A stretch of 64,000 nt of DNA from Candidatus Spongiihabitans sp. (GTDB lineage Bacteria > Pseudomonadota > Gammaproteobacteria > Arenicellales > Poriferihabitantaceae), in assembly GCF_965237845.1 (NCBI RefSeq), contig NZ_OZ250154.1:2391228-2455227 (forward strand), given 5' to 3'. This document shows, piece by piece, positions 60,221 through 64,000 of this stretch. The notes beneath the pieces were generated by a model. It worked only from the letters and a program-made list of their open reading frames with translations. It searched no databases and had not been told where the DNA came from. Each line of letters opens with the position of its first letter. The stretch's first letter is position 1. The position numbers and the translations under genes are program-made.

Positions 60221-61024
60221 TTAGGCTCGTTCCATCTTTGTGTTGCCGTTTCGTTTGGGGTCATAACCCATAAACGCTAAAAACATGAAAATCATGGCAC
60301 AGACTGTTACGATAATAAGCGCCTTTGCGCTGAATTGCCCGTATAGGGAAAACCGAATCAATTCAACGACGTAGGTAAAAGGGTTCCAGCTACACAGTTT
60401 GAATAGCCAGGGGGAAACGTCCTCAATTTTCCACAATGGATACAATGCAGATGAAGCAAAGTACATGGGGAAAATAACAAAGTTCATGATTCCTGCAAAA
60501 TTTTCCAACTGCTTGATAAATGAGGAGAGCAACAAACCCAATGCACCGAGCATTATTCCACCAATAAAGATCGCTGGCAGCACCGATAAATAGCCGATAG
60601 CGGGGGGCTGGATATTCCATAAATAAGCAATAATTAGAAAAACAGCGCATTGAAACAGCGCGATAACCACGCTGGCAAACAGGCGACAGCACAGCAAAAT
60701 CCAACGTGGTAATGGTGTGGTGAGCAATATTCTCATACTTCCCAATTCGCGGTCATAGACCATCGATAAGGAACTTTGCATGCCGTTAAATAGCAGAATC
60801 ATCCCCAGCAATCCCGGTGTGATGTACTCCTCGTAAAGTATATACGTTTCATAAGGTGGGATAATTGATACACCCAATATCGAGCGGAAACCCGCTGCGA
60901 AAATAAATAACCATACCAGTGGGCGAACCAATGCACCGAAAAAGCGCCCTTTCTGATTCAGAAAACGTAAAAACTCGCGTTTTATTACTCCATTGAAACA
61001 GCGCCAAACGTGAATAAAGCTCAT
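60221..61024 (-). CDS. ABC-2 type exporter permease
   Basis: 267 aa with about 6 TM segments. Its start overlaps the stop of the ATPase gene (61021-61024). Confidence 0.75.
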   Translation of the reverse strand: MSFIHVWRCFNGVIKREFLRFLNQKGRFFGALVRPLVWLFIFAAGFRSILGVSIIPPYETYILYEEYITPGLLGMILLFNGMQSSLSMVYDRELGSMRILLTTPLPRWILLCCRLFASVVIALFQCAVFLIIAYLWNIQPPAIGYLSVLPAIFIGGIMLGALGLLLSSFIKQLENFAGIMNFVIFPMYFASSALYPLWKIEDVSPWLFKLCSWNPFTYVVELIRFSLYGQFSAKALIIVTVCAMIFMFLAFMGYDPKRNGNTKMERA

Positions 61025-61908
61025 CTGGTTATCTCCTCTTTCAAACCATGCCGTTCTAATGTCTGGGACAAACTCATGCGCGCTTTTGCTTGATCAGGCT
61101 GTCCGGTGATTTTTAAAAAAGCGGCTTGAATGGAATTACAATCCTGCGTCTTAATGACTGTATTTGCTCTATTATCGGCCAATATTCGCCCTTGGTGCAG
61201 GATTGCCACGGGGTCATCATCAAGCACTTCATCAACCAGGTGTGTTGCCCATAGGACACTGACATTGTGCTGGCTGCAAAGCTGGCGGATAGTTGCAATA
61301 AAGTTGTATCGGCTTTTAACATCCAAACCTGTTGTGGCTTCGTCCATCAACAATAACTTGGGTGAATGGAGCAGGGCTCGCGCTAATTCTACGCGTCGTT
61401 TTTGGCCTCCACTCAGTTTTACCACCGTCTGTCTGGCATGCTCCGAAAGAGAAACTAAAGCCAGCAGTTCTTCAATTCGCCTTTTAGTGTGAACTTTAGA
61501 TAAGCCTTGCAAGGCGGCATAGTATTGTAGATTTTGCAATACGCTCAAACCGGGTTCCAGCGTTTGTTGTTGAAACACAATTCCCAAATGTTGCAAGGCC
61601 GACATAGGCCGTTTGTTGATATCTTCACCAAAAATACGGATTTGCCCCAGGTTACACGCAAATAAATAACTTAGCAGCGAGAATAGTGTGGATTTACCCG
61701 CGCCGTTGATGCCCATTAACACTTTGAAACTGCCCACTTCAACCGTTAAGCTAACATTATCCAGCGCCCGTTTTTGTGCCGTCCCATCACCATAGGAAAA
61801 ACAAACATCACGAATAGAAATTGCCACTGGGCTTTGCTCATTCGAATGCTTCAACTGTTTTCTCTGGTTATTTAATGGTACGAGCGGGAATTGGTAACCA
61901 CCGCCCAA
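61021..61908 (-). CDS. ABC transporter ATP-binding protein
   Basis: Walker A GINGAGKST, signature LSGGQKRR and Walker B LLLMDEATTGLD. Confidence 0.9.
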   Translation of the reverse strand: MGGGYQFPLVPLNNQRKQLKHSNEQSPVAISIRDVCFSYGDGTAQKRALDNVSLTVEVGSFKVLMGINGAGKSTLFSLLSYLFACNLGQIRIFGEDINKRPMSALQHLGIVFQQQTLEPGLSVLQNLQYYAALQGLSKVHTKRRIEELLALVSLSEHARQTVVKLSGGQKRRVELARALLHSPKLLLMDEATTGLDVKSRYNFIATIRQLCSQHNVSVLWATHLVDEVLDDDPVAILHQGRILADNRANTVIKTQDCNSIQAAFLKITGQPDQAKARMSLSQTLERHGLKEEITR

Positions 61909-62870
61909 GGCGAGCGGCCAACTTTGATGGTTTTAATGACTTTGAGTTTATCAACATCCACAACTGATACATCGCTACTCACGCCATTAGTCGTGAAAAG
62001 TAAGCGTTCATCGGGCGAGAAATCCAAGTTCCAAACTCGTTGTCCGACCAATAGATATTTTTCTACCTTAAAGGTTAGAGCATCGACCACCGCAATTCTG
62101 GCGGCTGGTCCCAGCGCAACGAAAGCTTTATCTCCGGCCCGGTTAATTGCAACACCAACGGGTTGTATAGCAGACTTATCGATGCCTGGAATCTCAAAGC
62201 GAATGACATGAACAATTTTGCGTAGTTCACTGTCGATGACACTCACAGTACCCCCAATTTCTGAAGACACCCACACTTGCCTGCCGTCAGGTGTAAACTG
62301 AGCAACACGTGGACGACTATCAACCAATACGTTACTGACAATATCCAGATTTTCCAGGTCGATAAAATGCGCCATATTCGTCGTTTCCGAAGTACTCACC
62401 AACCACTTGCCATCAGGGCTTATTCCCACCCCTTCTGGCTCAATACCCACCGGGATTTCTTTAATCTTTTGCGCACTTTGGACATTGACAACCGTGACCA
62501 TATTATCATCTTCATTAGCGATATAAAGCCGCTGACCATTCGGGCTGAGGGCCATAAGTTCGGGGTCGGGCCCGGAGGGTAGTGTGCCCACTAATTTACG
62601 CGTTTTCAGGTCGAGTATCTGAATGATGTCGTCCTCGCCTGCAGCAATATACAATTTGGTTTTATCCTGGCTGAGCGTCAAACCTCTTGGACGCTCACCG
62701 ACTGCTATTTTATCGGTCACCTTAAAAGTTTCACCATCAATCACTTCAATGGTGTTGTCTTTTTCACTCGAAACATAAACCTCGAAAGGTTCCGCTACTG
62801 TTGGAATCAATAACAGCATACTGGAGAACAGTACGCCCGACACAGCTTTTCTAAATATTGTTTTAGGCAT
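61872..62870 (-). CDS. YVTN-repeat beta-propeller protein (PQQ-dependent catabolism-associated type), secreted
   Basis: Signal peptide and repeated G..P.G...SPDG..L(Y/W)V units (GERPRGLTLSQDKTKLYIA, SGPDPELMALSPNGQRLYIA, GIEPEGVGISPDGKWLVS, RVAQFTPDGRQVWVS). Confidence 0.75.
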   Translation of the reverse strand: MPKTIFRKAVSGVLFSSMLLLIPTVAEPFEVYVSSEKDNTIEVIDGETFKVTDKIAVGERPRGLTLSQDKTKLYIAAGEDDIIQILDLKTRKLVGTLPSGPDPELMALSPNGQRLYIANEDDNMVTVVNVQSAQKIKEIPVGIEPEGVGISPDGKWLVSTSETTNMAHFIDLENLDIVSNVLVDSRPRVAQFTPDGRQVWVSSEIGGTVSVIDSELRKIVHVIRFEIPGIDKSAIQPVGVAINRAGDKAFVALGPAARIAVVDALTFKVEKYLLVGQRVWNLDFSPDERLLFTTNGVSSDVSVVDVDKLKVIKTIKVGRSPWAVVTNSRSYH

Positions 62871-63105
62871 TAGTCTTTTGTCTTTATTGGTTATATCAAA
62901 TGCTAAAAACCCTGCAAAGCCACCGCGTTTGACAATACGGTGTTAAAAACAAACTCAAATTTCTCATTTATAAACATAAAACTGCGCTTTCTCGCTTGTT
63001 TTTGTCTTGTCTTGTCTGCGCTCGTAATGCTTTGCAGAGACCCCATGTTTATGAATGAACCGTCGGTATAGTACAGGTTCCGCATTAATGTCTCCTACGG
63101 GGATG

Positions 63106-63135
63106 GTTGAAATCCCTCGCTTTTAGGCGGAGGGA
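63106..63135. repeat. Hairpin repeat, copy 1: gttgaaatCCCTCGCttttagGCGGAGGGa
   Basis: It shares the gttgaaa-CCCTCGC-loop-GCG(G/A)AGGG architecture with copy 2. Confidence 0.6.
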
Positions 63136-63229
63136 AGAGAGTGGAATGTTGCTATGCGACATTACAGACAGGGTGCCCATATGAAACGGATTTGAAGGTG
63201 CATTTGGTGCGGATTCCAAAATACCGTAA

Positions 63230-63260
63230 GTTGAAACCCTCGCCTTACAGGCGAAGGGTG
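63230..63260. repeat. Hairpin repeat, copy 2: gttgaaaCCCTCGCCttacaGGCGAAGGGtgg. It probably also serves as the fpr terminator.
   Basis: It lies about 30 nt downstream of the fpr stop (63289). On the minus strand the stem-loop is followed by TTTCAAC. Confidence 0.55.
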
Positions 63261-63288
63261 GTTAGTTTAGTGGTTAAAAATCGGTACA

Positions 63289-64000
63289 TTATTTCTCCAC
63301 AAAAGCTCGTTCAACGACATATTCGTGGAAATCGCTTTTACGGGTTTCGGTGAATCCCAGGTCATCTAATATTCTACTCAGGCTGTTCAACATACTGGGG
63401 CTGCCGCACAGCATGAACCGATCATCCTCGACGTTTAGTGGCGGCATTCCGATGTCTTCGATCAATTTTCCGGTTTCCAACAAAGTGGTGATGCGACCAT
63501 AATTTTTATAAGGCTCGCGGGTGACAGCGGGGTAGTAGATTAGTTTATCTCTGACGGTATCACCAAAATATTCGTTGTCGTGCAGTTCATGGTCAATCAA
63601 TTGCTGGTAGGTCAGTTCATTGATAAAACGGCAACCATGAACCAGGATTACTTTTTCAAAATTTTCGTAAACCTCAGGGTCCTTGATAATGGACAGAAAT
63701 GGTGCCAGCCCGGTGCCGGTGCTAAGCATATATAAATGCTTGCCTGGGCGCAGATGATCCCAAAGCAATGTTCCCGTTGGCTTTTTGCTGACCAACAGTT
63801 TGTCGCCCACTTTGACGTGTTGCAGCTTTGAGGTCAGCGGGCCATCCTGGACCTTGATGCTGTAGAACTCAAGATAATCTTCATAGTTTGAGCTGGCCAT
63901 GCTGTAGGCGCGTAATAACGGCTTGCCGTCAACTTCCATGCCCATCATGGCAAAATCGCCGTTGCGGAAACGTAACGAAGGGTCGCGGGTGGTTTTGATG
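63289..64000 (-). CDS. fpr: Ferredoxin--NADP+ reductase, 5'-truncated by the window edge
   Basis: RAYSMAS (FAD RxYS motif), LSTGTGLAPF (NADP GTGxAP motif), MLCGSPSM and the C-terminal ERAFVEK. The frame stays open to nt 64000. Confidence 0.85.
   Translation of the reverse strand, partial: IKTTRDPSLRFRNGDFAMMGMEVDGKPLLRAYSMASSNYEDYLEFYSIKVQDGPLTSKLQHVKVGDKLLVSKKPTGTLLWDHLRPGKHLYMLSTGTGLAPFLSIIKDPEVYENFEKVILVHGCRFINELTYQQLIDHELHDNEYFGDTVRDKLIYYPAVTREPYKNYGRITTLLETGKLIEDIGMPPLNVEDDRFMLCGSPSMLNSLSRILDDLGFTETRKSDFHEYVVERAFVEK

Noticed and set aside
63100-63265. The two roughly 30-nt repeats as a CRISPR array, or a tRNA-like T-arm (GGGAT-GGTTGAA-ATCCC).
   Set aside because: There are only two copies, the spacer of about 94 nt is too long for CRISPR, and no cas genes are present. 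The loop lacks the TTCRANY T-loop consensus, and no acceptor or anticodon arms can be drawn.
62903-63353. Small ORFs 62903-63085 and 63141-63353.
   Set aside because: They have no motifs and lie in intergenic DNA carrying the hairpin repeats. The second overlaps the fpr 3' end.

Overview
This is a gammaproteobacterial-type chromosomal segment that uses the standard genetic code. Most genes are core genes on the minus strand.

Left to right, the window contains:
- coaD (partial), a YfhL-like ferredoxin and a damaged tmcA.
- hisC-hisD.
- An AT-rich island at about 5.5-11 kb, followed by gene remnants.
- murA, fused onto the end of an IscR-sufB-(insert)-sufC-sufD-sufT-Rieske operon.
- A second AT-rich island at about 19.3-24.4 kb.
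- coaE, mutT, argJ, a lipoprotein hydrolase, secA, a DUF721 gene and lpxC.
- A complete dcw cluster: ftsZ-ftsA-ftsQ-murB-murC-murG-ftsW-murD-mraY-murF-murE-ftsI-ftsL-rsmH-mraZ.
- A NUDIX gene, Crp/Fnr, a 2-hydroxyacid dehydrogenase, hemW and frmA.
- A decayed patch, a PQQ/quinoprotein accessory cluster (MBL hydrolase, SoxYZ-like carrier, ABC-2 exporter, YVTN beta-propeller) and fpr (partial).

Three accessory insertions stand out:
1. A tightly packed four-gene operon, GHKL ATPase - Dcm - GHKL ATPase with Ymh-like tail - Vsr. It has no recognisable restriction nuclease and sits where murA-hisG-hisD synteny predicts hisG.
2. A beta-class amino-methyltransferase fused to an HNH nuclease, wedged between sufB and sufC.
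3. A roughly 1630-aa DnaQ-like exonuclease + RecQ + UvrD fusion, interrupted by a single in-frame TAA.

Two window-wide patterns are also visible. The first is an unusually high density of gene lesions: in-frame stops, a homopolymer frameshift, an in-frame deletion and gene fragments. The second is many in-frame 12- or 15-bp tandem duplications inside essential genes.

No rRNA, tRNA or CRISPR array was seen. All calls come from reading translations and motifs by eye. No searches were run.
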